From Octopus sinensis (lineage: Eukaryota), in assembly GCF_006345805.1 (NCBI RefSeq), contig NC_043001.1:13950001-14014000 (forward strand): a stretch of DNA of 64,000 nt. Reading direction: 5' to 3'. Positions 47,427-61,746 of this stretch are shown piece after piece. The notes below the pieces were generated by a model, which saw only the letters and a program-made list of their open reading frames with translations, was not told the DNA's origin and ran no database searches. The position numbers were made by a program, and so were the translations under genes. Within the stretch, counting starts at the first letter, position 1; every line of letters begins with the position of its first letter.

Positions 47427-47697
47427 ATAAAAGCTATTAGCTATCACGTATTTGGAGCATCTTGTTATTCATCACAAGGATACTCGTTTAGAATTAACGC
47501 TATGTGAGCCCTTCGCAGAAGAGTCTCAACCCAGCTATATTGGCCGAAAAATCGCTTTAATGATCTGCAAATTCAGGTAAACCCAAGCAATCCGTCCCGG
47601 AGGAGACTCGTCTATGAAATTTAGCTTCATATTTAATACCTGGTTTAAAAAGAAAATCTGTTAAACATTACAGTAGCTTCGTAATCACGAGCTGGTT

Positions 47698-48085
47698 GTG
47701 GAGGCGCAATGGCCCAGTGGTTAGGGTAGCGGACTCGCGGTCTGAGGATCGCGGTTTCGATTCCCAGACCGGGCATTGTGAGTGTTTATTGAGCGAAAAC
47801 ACTTAAAGCTCCACGAGGCTCCGGCAGGGATGGTGGTGAACCCTGCTGTACTCTTTCACCACAACTTTCTCTCGCTCTTTCTTCCTGTTTCTCTTGTACC
47901 TGTATTTCAAAGGGCCAGGCCTTGTCACACACTGTGTCATGCTGAATTTCCTCGAGAACTACGTTAAGGGTACACGTGTCTGTGGAGTGCTCAGCCACTA
48001 GCAGGTTAATATCACGAGCAAGCTGTTCCGTTTGATCGTATCAGCTGGGACCCTCATCGTCGAAACCGACGGAGTGCTCCTATTA
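47698..48085 (+). mobile_element. SINE family 3 (tRNA-Arg-like head)
   Basis: GGAGGCGCAATGGCCCAGTGGTTAGG..GACTCGCGG..GGTTTCGATTCC; 15-bp TSD TAATCACGAGCTGGT at 47682-47696 and 48086-48100. Confidence 0.9.
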
Positions 48086-48972
48086 TAATCACGAGCTGGT
48101 CTCTGTCTTGTTTAAGGGAATTTCTATGATTCTGGGGACGCAGTGAAGTTTTCTAGCACTCGAACAAAATACGAAAACTGTTATTAATTATCTGCTTTCC
48201 TTTGATGCGGAACCATCACAGATGGATATCTATAGATATAAAGCTGAAGTTGTCTGTGTATGGTAGGTTTAGTAGCCTTCAACTAACACTATCTCCTCCG
48301 AGACCCTGCGGCGCAAGTTGACCACAATTGAGACTATGATAGAAAAAGGCTTTCTCTTCCTTCCGTAGAAGAAAAAATTCAGATCGAACCATGGTAACAC
48401 CAAAAATTATTTACATCAAAAAGCTGTCTACGTATCGTACTTAAGTTATACACACTGTCGACCAGCCACTGCAGTATTTTTCTTAAAATAACATTTCTTC
48501 TGACTTTAGTTAAAAGTATAATTCATATTGGAGAAAAAGAGAAAAATAATTCATCCCAGCAGCGGCCAACGAGAGCGCCAGAATTTCGACCTTTAGGTTT
48601 CTTTAGTGGCGTATATTCTATCAACCACATTCCTAGCTGAGAATTCACCGTCTCCGATATACGAAAACAATAATAAAAAATTCGCTCACGTTGCGAATAG
48701 CTGTCCAACTGCTTAAAAATCCAACTGCCCCGATTGCCTGTACTGTATCTAGTGCGATCGATATTAGCTGTTCAGTCAGTATTGAAATTTTATTGCAGTC
48801 CATTGCAGGAAATTACTCTCATCATGTAAACTTAATTGGCTGTCATTACTTCCTAACACAGTCTGACTATTTTTCCTGCATTGAAAATTCTTCTTTCTAT
48901 CACTAACCAAACCAACCACTTATTTTCATAAATATTTGAGAATGAAAATAGTGAGTTTTTAAGCACTCATTC

Positions 48973-49364
48973 TTTTCTACTCAAGAAACAAGGCCCGAAA
49001 TTGGGGGGACGGAGACCAGTCGATTAGATCGACCCCAGTACGCAACTGGTACTAAATTTATCGACCCTCAAAAGGATGAAAGGCAAAGTCGACCTCCGCG
49101 GAATTTGAACTTAGAATGTAGCGGCAGACGAAATACCTATTTCTTTACACAAGGGACTAAACACAGAGAGGACAAACAAGGACAGACAAACGGGGTAAGT
49201 CGATTACACCGACCCCAGTGCGTAACTGGTACTTAATTTATCGACCCCGAAGGGTGAAAGGCAAAGTCGACCTCGGCGGAATTTGAACTCAGAACGTAAC
49301 GGTAAACGAAATACGGCTACGCATTTCGCCCGGCGTGCTAACGATTCTGCCAGCTCGTCGCCTA
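48973..49364 (-). mobile_element. SINE family 1 composite (tail A then tail B)
   Basis: Junction at 49125-49140. Confidence 0.85.
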
Positions 49365-50124
49365 GATACAATATTTCACAGTCATTTTCTAGTTTTCTTA
49401 CTTTGTAATTGTAGCAATAACCATTTTAGCCATTTTGAAATGTGGCGCGAATTGGCAATATGACGTAATGTCGTATTGCCGACGAATTATCATTTTCGTT
49501 TTTTTTTCCATTGGTTAATATAACTGCTCATATAAAGATTCTAGAAGTTTCGAAAAGAATATCTGTCATGGATTTCGATTCTTTTTAGTCAAGTTGAGCA
49601 GTTATAAAAACCCTGGATTTTGGAAAATATTTCAGTGTTCGTTGGTTGTCACGTAACTCCACGTCACTCACTCTTTTGGAGACATCGGTAATATTTATGC
49701 CATGTCTAAGTTAATCACAAATCCATTTTGATTTGTTGGTTAATGTATTAGATAGAAAGAAGAAATTAGCTAAGGAATTTATAGTCGTTTTTCTTCGCAA
49801 CAAAGTTATCTTTCTTACTGTAAATAATATAAAATGTTATATTTATATAATAAAAAATAATTAAAGAGAAAATGTTTCTCTTCACGTTTGTTTTTCAACT
49901 GAGCGTAGATAAATATGCATTTATGTAATCTTTGATTTATGTTTCTTATAGCGGTTTAAAGGACACGATTAAAATATTCAACATACATGTCATTAATATA
50001 GCGTTTCATGCGTATATGTCTATATGACGTTATAACTGTCGTAGGGTTTTAGGTATAATGATAACACTTGAGTATAAGTGACGTTGAATCATTATATTCT
50101 CCCTTACACAGAGAAAAGCCCAAA

Positions 50125-50519
50125 TCTTTATATATAAAAGAGAAGTTGTGTGTCTGTCTCTTACGATTTAGATTCCTAACTACTCCCACATTTTGCGGTG
50201 CAGTTTAACCAAAACCGGGTATCTTATAGTCGTGATTCATATCGAGCCCTTCTGGGTATTAGCGCGCGTCTACGATGAGTCTACGATTTTAAAAAACAAA
50301 CCATCATTTTTTTCCATTTTAATGCATTTTTTCCCTATTATATAAGGGAAGTAACTCTCTAAAATGTCTACGATGAGTCAACGATTTTTTAAAAAAAATT
50401 ACCATAATTTTTTTCCATTTTTAATGCATTTTTTTGCTATTTTTTGGCTATAACTCTCTAAAAATGCTTATATAGTTATTTCCCTTACAAACCCGAGCAA
50501 CGCCGGGCGATGCTGCTAG
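50125..50519 (+). mobile_element. Non-autonomous Helitron
   Basis: A|TCTTTATATATAAAAG ... CCCGAGCAACGCCGGG hairpin ... CTAG|T. Confidence 0.85.
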
Positions 50520-51379
50520 TAAATAATATAACCTAAGATAAAACTAGAAAAACCGCCGTATAATCAATACTGATTAGAGCATAAGTAGCCTCAAACGCAT
50601 ATTAGTCCATTGGTTGGTGACGCTTCAAAATGACTTTGGTGTTTTATACCGTTTTACCATGGCAAACAGCAGTGAAAATAGTGTTTTTACAGGCCAAATA
50701 TGTCCAAACCGTATTTGAAAAGATATTGCTGCTTGAAGCTGATAATCAAATTATGGAGCCGTAAAGGAAATATCTGAATAACGAGCGGGATGGTTGATAA
50801 TGATACGAGATATTTTCACCAAATTAGAAATCTGAAACAGTTTGTGGAAAATTTACTGTAACGCAGTCGACAAAAGCTGATTCAGGTATTTTGAAATGTC
50901 AAAGAAAACTGAATGTTTGTCAAAATTGCGAAATCTACACTATTTTGTTGTGTATCATTCAGTCGGTGATAGATAAAGCAAGTATTTTCAGAGATGTAAC
51001 GTCAAATGACTGACGAAAAGGGAAAAAAAAGTAAGAAAACATTGAACCAAATATAAAAAAGGTGAAGTACAACTTTCGGAAAACATCTTGCAGTGTATTC
51101 AATATGTTCTTATAAAGGAGAATCTCAATAGAGAAAAAGATTCTATGTAGAGAAGATTATAAATGGCACGTCATGTCACACTCACAATAGGGGAGAGAGA
51201 GAAGAAGGAAGGATAAAGATGGAGAGGTATTCAGACTTGATTATTTTGCTGCTATTCACGTTGTTTGTTGACATTAAAAATATTCTATGCAATCCGTGGA
51301 TGTTGCACGTTAATCTAAAATGTGTCATGTAAGCTGCGCAATATCTTACATTCAAGACGCAATATAATACGGTGGTAAT

Positions 51380-51787
51380 AATATGTATATATATATATGT
51401 ATGCATGTGTATATATATGCAATAGATGTATGCATGTAATATATGTATGCATGTAATATATGTATGCATGTATATATATATGTAACATATGTATGCATGT
51501 ATATATATATATGTAACATATGTATGCATGTATATATATATATATATATATGTAACATATGTATGTATATCTATGTATATGTATGTATGTGTATCTATGT
51601 ATGTGTATCTATGTATGTTTGTATGTATGTGTGTATATATGTATGTGTATATATGTATATATATATATGTATGTATGTGTATATATGTATATATATGCAT
51701 GTATGTATATATATATATATGTATATATATGTATGTATATATGTATGTATGTATATGCATGTATGTATATGTATGTATATGTATATG

Positions 51788-51819
<32 letters not shown>

Positions 51820-51860
51820 TTCGTATATATATATATACATGTGTGCGTGTGCGTGTGTGC
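51380..51860. repeat. Degenerate TA/ATGT microsatellite
   Basis: Direct reading. Confidence 0.9.
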
Positions 51861-52221
51861 CATCAATGCAAAAGATATTCTTATGATATATTAATATATT
51901 AAGATACATTAAACACATCATATTATAAGTGGCTCGCTAATAATTAATAACCAAAAAGGAATCAATAAATAAAGGGTACAACATAGCAACCACCGATTGC
52001 TAAAAATAGGAGTCAGATATTCACTCTAAAAGCCACAAAAACACTACCCTCATCATTGTTTACGTGAAGCGGACACAGCAAGCTAAACGATAACTCCCTG
52101 GTGAGATAAACTCAAGAAACGATATAGTTGGACGAAGGCTTTGTCCAACTATTTCTTTATCTTGGGGCGTTTGGTTACTATTTTACTCTGGTCAACCGAC
52201 ATTTGATGTTTGAAAGTTATA

Positions 52222-52628
52222 CTCTTTACTCTTTTACTTGTTTCAGTCATTTGACTGCGGCCATGCTAGAGCACCGCCTTTAGTCGAGCAACTCGACCCT
52301 GGGACTTATTCTTTGTAAGCCCAGTACTTATTCTATCGGTCTCTTTTGCCGAACCGCTAAGTGACGGGGACGTAAACACACCAGCATCGGTTGTCAAGCA
52401 ATGCTAGAGAGACAAAAACAGACACACAAGCATATACACACACATACATATATATACATATATACGACAGGCTTCTTTCAGTTTCCGTCTACCAAATCCA
52501 CTCACAAGGCTTTGGTCGGCCCGAGGCTATAGCAGAAGACACCTGCCCAAGATGTCACGCAGTGGGACTGAACCCGGAACCATGTGGTTGGTTAGCAAGC
52601 TACTTACCACACAGCCACTCCTGCGCCT
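52222..52628 (-). mobile_element. SINE family 2
   Basis: Full module set. Confidence 0.9.
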
Positions 52629-52659
52629 ATACGTTTTATTATTGTTATTATTATTATTA

Positions 52660-53460
52660 TCGAGGCATCATCTAATCTGGTTGGTTGCCTGGGAGAGCCT
52701 AACTACCATCCATCTCACTACCGCTCTCCATTCCTTCCGATCTTCCACTAGTGTTTTTAGGTCTTCAACTTGGCATCCAACATCTTCTGCAGTGGAGGCG
52801 CAATGGCCCAGTGCTTAGGGCAGCGGACTCGCGGTCGGAGGATCGCGGTTTCGATTCCCAGACCGAGCGTTGTGTGTGTTTATTGAGCGAAAACACCTAA
52901 ACTCCACGAGGCTCCGGCAGGGGGTGGTGGCGACCCCTGTTGTACTCTTTCACCACAACTTTCTCTCACTCTTTCTTCCTGTTTCTTGTCCCCGACTTCC
53001 TACGCAAACGCTGAGCCTGGATGCGCATTCATCCATCCGTCGATGCTCTCGGTGTCGGGGGTTGACCTGCTTTCTCTTTGGCGGGTCTTACGAATAGCAA
53101 AGGACCACGTTTCGGACTTCTCCCATCTTGCGAGCTCTGGGACGAAGACCGTTCGCTCAACATCAACATCTTCTGCAAGCTGTTGTACTAGGTTTTGAAC
53201 TTGGCATTTAACATCTTCTACAAACTGTTATATATACCTCTTCCGTGGTCTTCCAGCCTCTGTGTTACCATGATTTGGTGTCCACAGCAACACGTTATTC
53301 ACAAGCTGTTCTTTACTTTTCCAGCAGTGGCCAGCGAACCTCAATCTCCGCTCTTGGATGGTTGATGAGAAAGTTGGTAGATTCCCATTTAACCGTTGTT
53401 TTGTTGGATCCTTCCTCCAAGAGATGTTGAGCACTGCACCTAACATTCTAGTGAAGGCAC
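52660..53460 (-). mobile_element. RTE-clade LINE 3' fragment, interrupted by a SINE
   Basis: VLNISWR..GNLPTFSSTIQERRLRFAGHC..LLWTP..GRP. Confidence 0.75.
52792..53163 (+). mobile_element. SINE with family 3 head and a different 3' half
   Basis: 14-bp TSD CAACATCTTCTGCA at 52778-52791 and 53164-53177; diverges from family 3 at about 52986. Confidence 0.8.
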
Positions 53461-53569
53461 CGTGTTATAGGTGCTTCTTTCAAAATTAATATTTTGTTGT
53501 TAAACGATGTAAAACGCTAGAGAAGGAAACCTAGTTGTTTCGAGCGGTAAACACGTTTAAAGCAACATT

Positions 53570-53687
53570 TTTCTTTGACCCTTAAAACGTTACTAGGGAT
53601 CCCCAATTTACTATTTTGCTTGCGTGGAACCCCAACAATCTTATATGAACCCCCAGATGTCTTACAGACCCCGGTTGTGGACCACTA
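53570..53687 (-). mobile_element. Possible hAT-type MITE end
   Basis: Terminus TAGTGGTCCACAACCGGGG resembles hAT TIRs; the other end was not found. Confidence 0.35.
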
Positions 53688-53739
53688 CTAAATGTGAATA
53701 GGCTTATATATTTGTATACATAGACAGATAGATAAACAT

Positions 53740-54170
<431 letters not shown>

Positions 54171-54766
54171 AGGTAGATGCCTTTGTGTTTTTATGTTTTT
54201 ATCTCTTAATGTCTTTGTTTCTCCTCCCCTATCACTTGACAACCGATGTTGGGTGTGATTACGCCAGCGTAAATTAGCAGTTCGACAAAGAAAAATCGCT
54301 AAAATAAGTAAAAAGAAAGCTTTAAAAAAATAATTTCGGATTGCGATTTATTCAACTGAACACTCTTCAAAGCCGTGCCCCAGCAAGGCCGCAGCCTAAG
54401 GACTGAAACAAGTAGAAAAGAATAGGATATACTGTAAATATATATTGTATAACCTAAATTGAGAAACCAACTTACTCAGCAAAAACTATCAACTTTTCTA
54501 AGTATCTGATTTGTTTCAAATAAAAATGTTGGTTTTGTCAAATTGAATTTTGTGTTTGCGTTAAATTTTCCCGAGATATCCGAGACACTCTGCTAAGTAT
54601 CATTACATTAATTATAGGAGATACTCACAAGCAGACATTTTCTCTTTCAAGTAGAAATTAAACTTGACTGAGGGTGAATATTGTTCTTTACTTGTTGGTG
54701 CGCGTGTTGCTTTACATATAGGTATATATATATATATATATGTGTGTATATGCGTGCGTCTCTCAC

Positions 54767-54801
<35 letters not shown>

Positions 54802-55279
54802 GTATGTGTTTATGGGTAAGTGTACCAGTGTTTCGCGTACACACGCATACATACATACTATATATGTATATATATATACATATGTTTATATATTAATACA
54901 TACGTACGCATATACATACACACACATTATATATATAATCTATTCTATCGTCTACTTTCATTTCCTTTGTGTACATCGAAATGTCTACACACATATGCGC
55001 GCGCGTATATATGTACACTAATATCTAAATATGCATGCATATATGTCCGTTTATATATTTTTCATGTATGTATATATGTATAAATTGCTATATATGTATA
55101 AATCTATATGTATATATGTATAGATTTATATATGTATAAATTTATATATATATGTATAAAATTATACGTATATATATATATAAATATATATATATGCATA
55201 AATTTATACGTATATATATATGTATAAATTTATACGTATATATATATGTATAAATTTATATGTATATATATGTATAAAT

Positions 55280-55318
<39 letters not shown>

Positions 55319-56314
55319 TATGTATAAATTTATATATATTATATATATATATATATATATAGATATGTATAAATTTATACGTATATATATATAATATATA
55401 TATATGTATAAATTTATATGTATATATATGTATAAATTAAATGTATATGTATGTGTATATATATATATGTATAAATTTATATATATATATAAATTTATCT
55501 ATATACATATATATATATATATATGTATGTATGTATGTATATACATATATGTGTTTATGCATGTGTTAGTGTGTTTAAAGTATAATTATTTTTCTTAAGC
55601 ACACATCTATTTCTTCACTCTTTTACTGACAAATTAAATTTCTGAATCTGCCATCAGCCATTTTGATTATTCCTTTTGTTATTGCTATTGTTCTCGATAA
55701 TGCTATTACTCTTAAGAGAAAATAGGTTGATAGAGGTTAGAGTGATTATTTCAATACCTCACTGAATTCAAATTCCAACTGAATCTATTTTGTATTTCAT
55801 TAATTTTCAGATAGATGCGAATTGAAAAAAAAACGTTATTCCTCGCTCCTCTAAGAACTTCATATTTTGCCTGGGGAAAAGAAATTATTAAAGAAATTAG
55901 ACGTTAGGTATTCCAATTCGGCACCAAATCCTCTATAGTAAATCCGAATTTTCCGCCTTCCTACATACTACAGAACATTTCTTTGTGCCGATTCAATATT
56001 ATTCATTTAAGCATGGCGTCTTGCGTTAATATCCGCAACTGTCCACTACAGCTCACTGTAACCTAGTCTGCTAGAAAGACCAGTGAAATCTCTTTCTCAG
56101 CCAACACCAAACCAACTTATAGAACGACTAAATGGATTAGGTGCTCATTTACAGTCCATAAATAAAGACGGGATAGCCATGCCTGGAATGTCTCAGGTCA
56201 TATAACTAAACTACAGCTAATTATTGGTCTACCATGAAAACTTGTTTGTTTTGGGGTTTCTTGTTGCTTTTTCTCTTGTTTTTTTTCTTACTTGGCCGTC
56301 CTTCGTCATATACT

Positions 56315-56686
56315 TTCTTTTACTTTACTTGTTTCAGTCATTTGACTGTGGCCATGCTGGAGCACCGCCTTTAGTCGAGCAAATCCACCCCAAGGCTTAT
56401 TCTTTGGAAGCCTAGTACTAATTCTATCGGACATAAACACACCAGCATTGGTTGTCAAGCGATGTTTGGGGGACAAACACAGACACACAAATGTATACTC
56501 ACACATAATATATATACATATATACGACTGGCTTCATTCCTTTTCCGTCTACCAAATCCACTCATAAGGCTTTGGTCGGCCCGAGGCTATAGTAGAAGAC
56601 ACTTGCCCAAGGTGCCACGCAGTGGGACTGAACCCGGAACCATGTGGTTGGTAAGCAAGCTACTTACCACACAGCCACGTCTGCGT
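56315..56686 (-). mobile_element. SINE family 2 with internal deletion
   Basis: Head and tail present; about 30 bp missing near 56430. Confidence 0.85.
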
Positions 56687-57088
56687 CTGATAAGAATTAA
56701 AATTTATTTAAATTTCAAACACGATAATCAAAATTTTCTATAGGAAGAGTAATTACAAAAAATAGCACGATACAAAAAATACAGAGAATACTAGGAAAGA
56801 CTGAATTGTCACAATTAATTAACATTTGGGCGCCGGTTTGCTGGATCAGAATTAATTTGATATTGAAGAACAGGACACAAAGCAAAGAAAGGTACATTTC
56901 GGCTATCGTTGCAACATCCATCAGCAACTGAGTGCCCTCTTTAAACTATACTCAGACACATTGCCTATAATCTCATTAATATTGAATCAAAATAAAATCA
57001 ACAAAATATACGGCACACTCTATTCGGATTCCGTGCAGAGTAACAGCCCAGATATTGTTAGAGAACAGAGACGGTATGGTAATTTTCA

Positions 57089-57321
57089 GGGCGGCGAGCT
57101 GGCAGAAACGTTAGCACGCCGGGCGAAATGCTTTGCGGTATTTCGTCTGTCGTTACGTTGTGAGTTCAAATTCCGCCGAGGTCCACTTTGCCTTTCATCC
57201 TTTCGGGGTCGATAAATTATGTACCAGTTACGCACTGGGGTCGATGTAATCGACTTAATCCATTTGTCTGTCCTTGTTTGTTCCCTCTATGTTTAGCCCC
57301 TTGTGGGTAGTAAAGAAATAG
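57089..57321 (+). mobile_element. SINE family 1 (tail A), founder of the adjacent array
   Basis: Full head-core-tail; TSD-like GGTAT(G/A)GTAA at 57073-57082 and 59262-59271. Confidence 0.9.
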
Positions 57322-59262
57322 GTATTTCGTCTGCCGTTATGTTACACACTAGGACCAATGTAATCGACTTAATCCCTTTGTCTGTCCTTGTTATTCTCTT
57401 CTATGTTTAGCCCCTTGTGGGTAATAAAGAAATAGGTATTTCGTCTGCCGTTATGTTACGCACTAGGACCAATGTAATCGACTTGATCCCTTTGTCTGTC
57501 CTTGTTATTCTCTTCTATGTTTAGCCCCTTGTGGGTAGTAAAGAAATAGGTATTTCGTCTGCCGTTATGTTACGCACTAGGACCAATGTAATCGACTTAA
57601 TCCCTTTGTCTGTCCTTGTTATTCTCTTCTATGTTTAGCCCCTTGTGGGTAGTAAAGAAATAGGTATTTCGTCTGCCGTTATGTTACGCACTAGGACCAA
57701 TGTAATCGACTTAATCCCTTTGTCTGTCCTTGTTATTCTCTTCTGTGTTTAGCCCCTTGTGGGAAATAAAGAAATAGGTATTTCGTCTGCCGTTATTTAC
57801 GCACTAGGACCAATGTAATCGACTTAATCCCTTTGTCTGTCCTTGTTATTCTCTTCTATGTTTAGCCCCTTGTGGGTAATAAAGAAATAGGTATTTCGTC
57901 TGCCGTATGTTACGCACTAGGACCAATGTAATCGACTTAATCCCTTGTCTGTCCTTGTTTGTTCCCTCTATGTTTAGCCCCTTGTGGGTAGTAAAGAAAT
58001 AGGTATTTCGTCTGCCGTTATGTTACGCACTAGGACCAATGTAATCGACTTAATCCCTTTGTCTGTCCTTGTTATTCTCTTCTATGTTTAGCCCCTTGTG
58101 GGTAATAAAGAAATAGGTATTTCGTCTGCCGTTATGTTACGCACTAGGACCAATGTAATCGACTTAATCCCTTTGTCTGTCCTTGTTATTCTCTTCTATG
58201 TTTAGCCCCTTGTGGGTAATAAAGAAATAGGTATTTCGTCTGCCGTTATGTTACGCACTAGGACCAATGTATCGACTTAATCCCTTTGTCTGTCCTTGTT
58301 ATTCTCTTCTATGTTTAGCCCCTTGTGGGTATAAAGAAATAGGTATTTCGTCTGCCGTTATGTTACGCACTAGGACCAATGTAATCGACTTAATCCCTTT
58401 GTCTGTCCTTGTTATTCTCTTCTATGTTTAGCCCCTTGTGGGAAATAAAGAAATAGGTATTCGTCTGCCGTTATGTTACGCACTAGGACCAATGTAATCG
58501 ACTTAATCCCTTTGTCTGTCCTTGTTATTCTCTTCTATGTTTAGCCCCTTGTGGGTAATAAAGAAATAGGTATTTCGTCTGCCGTTATGTTACGCACTAG
58601 GACCAATGTAATCGACTTAATCCCTTTGTCTGTCCTTGTTATTCTCTTCTATGTTTAGCCCCTTGTGGGTAATAAAGAAATAGGTATTTCGTCTGCCGTT
58701 ATGTTACGCACTAGGACCAATGTAATCGACTTAATCCCTTTGTCTGTCCTTGTTATTCTCTTCTATGTTTAGCCCCTTGTGGGTAATAAAGAAATAGGTA
58801 TTTCGTCTGCCGTTATGTTACGCACTAGGACCAATGTAATCGACTTAATCCCTTTGTCTGTCCTTGTTATTCTCTTCTATGTTTAGCCCCTTGTGGGTAA
58901 TAAAGAAATAGGTATTTCGTCTGCCGTTATGTTACGCACTAGGACCAATGTAATCGACTTAATCCCTTTGTCTGTCCTTGTTATTCTCTTCTATTCTCTT
59001 CTATGTTTAGCCCCTTGTGGGTAATAAAGAATAGGTATTTCGTCTGCCGTTATGTTACGCACTAGGACCAATGTAATCGACTTAATCCCTTTGTCTGTCC
59101 TTGTTATTCTCTTCTATGTTTAGCCCCTTGTGGGTAATAAAGAAATAGGTATTTCGTCTGCCGTTATGTTACGCACTAGGACCAATGTAATCGACTTAAT
59201 CCCTTTGTCTGTCCTTGTTATTCTCTTCTGTGTTTAGCCCCTTGTGGGTAATAAAGAAATAG
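57322..59262 (+). repeat. SINE-derived tandem array, 17 units of about 114 bp
   Basis: Unit starts 57322, 57436, 57550, 57664, 57778, 57891, 58003, 58117, 58231, 58343, 58457, 58570, 58684, 58798, 58912, 59035, 59149. Confidence 0.95.
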
Positions 59263-59294
59263 GTATAGTAAAGTCAATTAACTAGAATAATAAT

Positions 59295-59507
59295 CCGTTC
59301 CATTGGAAGCACAAGGCCTGAAATTTGGAGGAAAGGATTAAGACAACTACATCGACCCCAGTGCGTAACTGGTATTTATCTAATCGATCCCGAAAAGATA
59401 AAAAGAGAAGTCAACCTCGGCGGAATTTGAACTCAACGTAGCGAAGGGCGAAATACCGCTAAGCATTTCGTCCGGCGTGCTAACGATTCTGCCAGCTCGC
59501 CGCCTTA
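59295..59507 (-). mobile_element. SINE family 1 (tail B)
   Basis: Head AGGCGGCGAGCTGGCAG, core, CAAATTTCAGGCCTTGTGC tail. Confidence 0.8.
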
Positions 59508-59549
59508 ATGAACTAGAACAACAACAACAATAATAATAATAATAATAAT

Positions 59550-59947
59550 TATCAGAGGCCATGAAGAAAAAAAATGTTTTCTAATTGATGTATCAATACC
59601 GGCAGATGACAACGTGTCTCTAAAAGAAATGGAGAAACTCTCAAAATACAAAGACCTGGAAATAGAGGTAACCAGAATGTGGAATCTAAAAACAGAAACA
59701 ATTCCTATCATAGTAGGTGCATTAGGCATGATAAAAAAATATTCAGACAAATACATAACAAAAACACCAGGACTTACAAACACATATAACATACAGAAAA
59801 TTGCACTACTAGGCACTGCACACAGCCTACGCAGAACACTTTCCATACAATAACCATCAGAGCATCACAACAAATCACAGTACATACCCAAGGCACACAG
59901 AGCTGCGCTCGGTAGTGAAGTGAAAGCACGCTATAAAAATAAAACTA

Positions 59948-59952
<5 letters not shown>
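59550..59952 (+). mobile_element. R4/Dong-clade LINE 3' fragment inside (AAT)n
   Basis: CFLIDVSIPADDNVSLKEMEKLSKYKDLEIEVTRMW..IPIIVGALG..IQKIALLGTAHSLRR; (AAT)n on both sides (to 60025). Confidence 0.9.
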
Positions 59953-60027
<75 letters not shown>

Positions 60028-60519
60028 AGAAAGGTAATGTATGACTATTATTTATTTATGTCTTGAAAGAAAACGGCTTACGCCCGCACACGCTTGTCTT
60101 AACGTCCGCGAAATACGTTGGAGTGAAAGCAAGGAAAGATTTTCGAGGGTTACTACAAGAGAAAACAACGCAAAAAAATATTTATTTTCTAATTTAATAC
60201 CCGCAAAGTCCTGATGTGTGCAATACGCAGAGCAACGGATTAGATCTATCACATCACCCAAGACATAGAACTGTTGTACTACAATAACACCGTACAGCTT
60301 GTGTTATACTGCATTGATAAGCTATAAACTTAGAGAGAATAGAGAAATATTCAATAGAATATATTACTGTAGAGGAGAGGCACCGCTGTTTCCAGAACAC
60401 GACAAATAGGAAAACTTACAAAAAAAGATATCCATTAGATTGTCACTACTTTCCGAAATCACTTATACATCATTGCAATTTCAATGATTTCTCTCAAAGA
60501 AAACCTTATTATGACTGCT

Positions 60520-60524
60520 ATATA

Positions 60525-60568
<44 letters not shown>

Positions 60569-60610
60569 TATATGTGTGTGTATATATATATATATATATA
60601 TGTGTGTGTC

Positions 60611-60643
<33 letters not shown>

Positions 60644-60904
60644 GTTTGTATATATATGTGTGTGTATATATGTGTGTATATATATATATATATGTGTGTG
60701 TGTATATATGTTTGTATATATATATGTGTGTGTGTGTTATATATATATGTTTGTGTATGTATATATATTATATATATGTTTGTGTATGTATATATATATA
60801 TATGTTTGTGTATGTATATATATATATGTTTGTGTATGTATATATATATGTTTGTGTATATATATATATATATGTTTGTGTATATATATATATATATATA
60901 TGTT

Positions 60905-60952
<48 letters not shown>

Positions 60953-61120
60953 ATATATATATATATATATATGTTGTGTGTATTATATTATATATATATA
61001 TACCTATATATGTATATATATTTGTGTGTGTATATATAATATATATATATATATATATAGATGTGTATATATGTGTATATATAGATGTGTATATATGTGT
61101 GTATTATATTATATTATATA
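60520..61120. repeat. Degenerate TA/TG microsatellite
   Basis: Direct reading. Confidence 0.9.
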
Positions 61121-61697
61121 CGGTGGAGTGTGAGAGAGTTAAATACAAGTTTTCAAACTTTTGTTTGCTTCTGATATACATTTTTTGATGAAGGACACTT
61201 CTAGCGAAATACTATTTTTTTCTTTTTCTTTTTTTTTCTACTTTTCCACTTTTCTGACGTTATTTCGTTTCGTTTTAATCAGTTAGCCACTCCGACGTCT
61301 TTCGCTTCTAATTAACACTTCAGATAACGAATGTATTTAAAACAATTACCTAGAGGAAATGCCGCTGTATATTATAACAGAAACAATGAGCTTATATTGC
61401 AGATAATATCAACATAGGATTTAATGATATTCAAGTCTTTATACACTATTCTTATAAATCTTCGTACATTGTTCTTATAAAACGATAAAAGAGCGAGAAC
61501 AAAGCAGAATATTCAAACTGTTTCGCTACAACTTTTCAAGAGTAACTGTCCTTGTAGCTACCAATAATAATTTCACATTTGATGAGAAATCACTGGCTTT
61601 TTTTTTTCTATCATAGTTGCATTTAATTGTTGTACAAAAGAACATATCTACAGATATTTTAGCCAACGCTGTGCGTCATAACGATTGTAAACAATAC

Positions 61698-61745
<48 letters not shown>

Positions 61746-61746
<1 letters not shown>

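Noticed and set aside
47698-47775. tRNA-Arg gene (also other tRNA-like heads)
   Set aside because: No complete cloverleaf or acceptor stem; continues into SINE body with TSD
48229-48500. Helitron-like 5' end (ATCTATAGATATAAAGCTGAAGTTGTCTGTGT)
   Set aside because: No matching hairpin plus CTAG 3' end found, so boundaries cannot be supported
57322-59262. Regular array as a CRISPR locus
   Set aside because: No unique spacers and no cas genes; the unit is entirely SINE-derived
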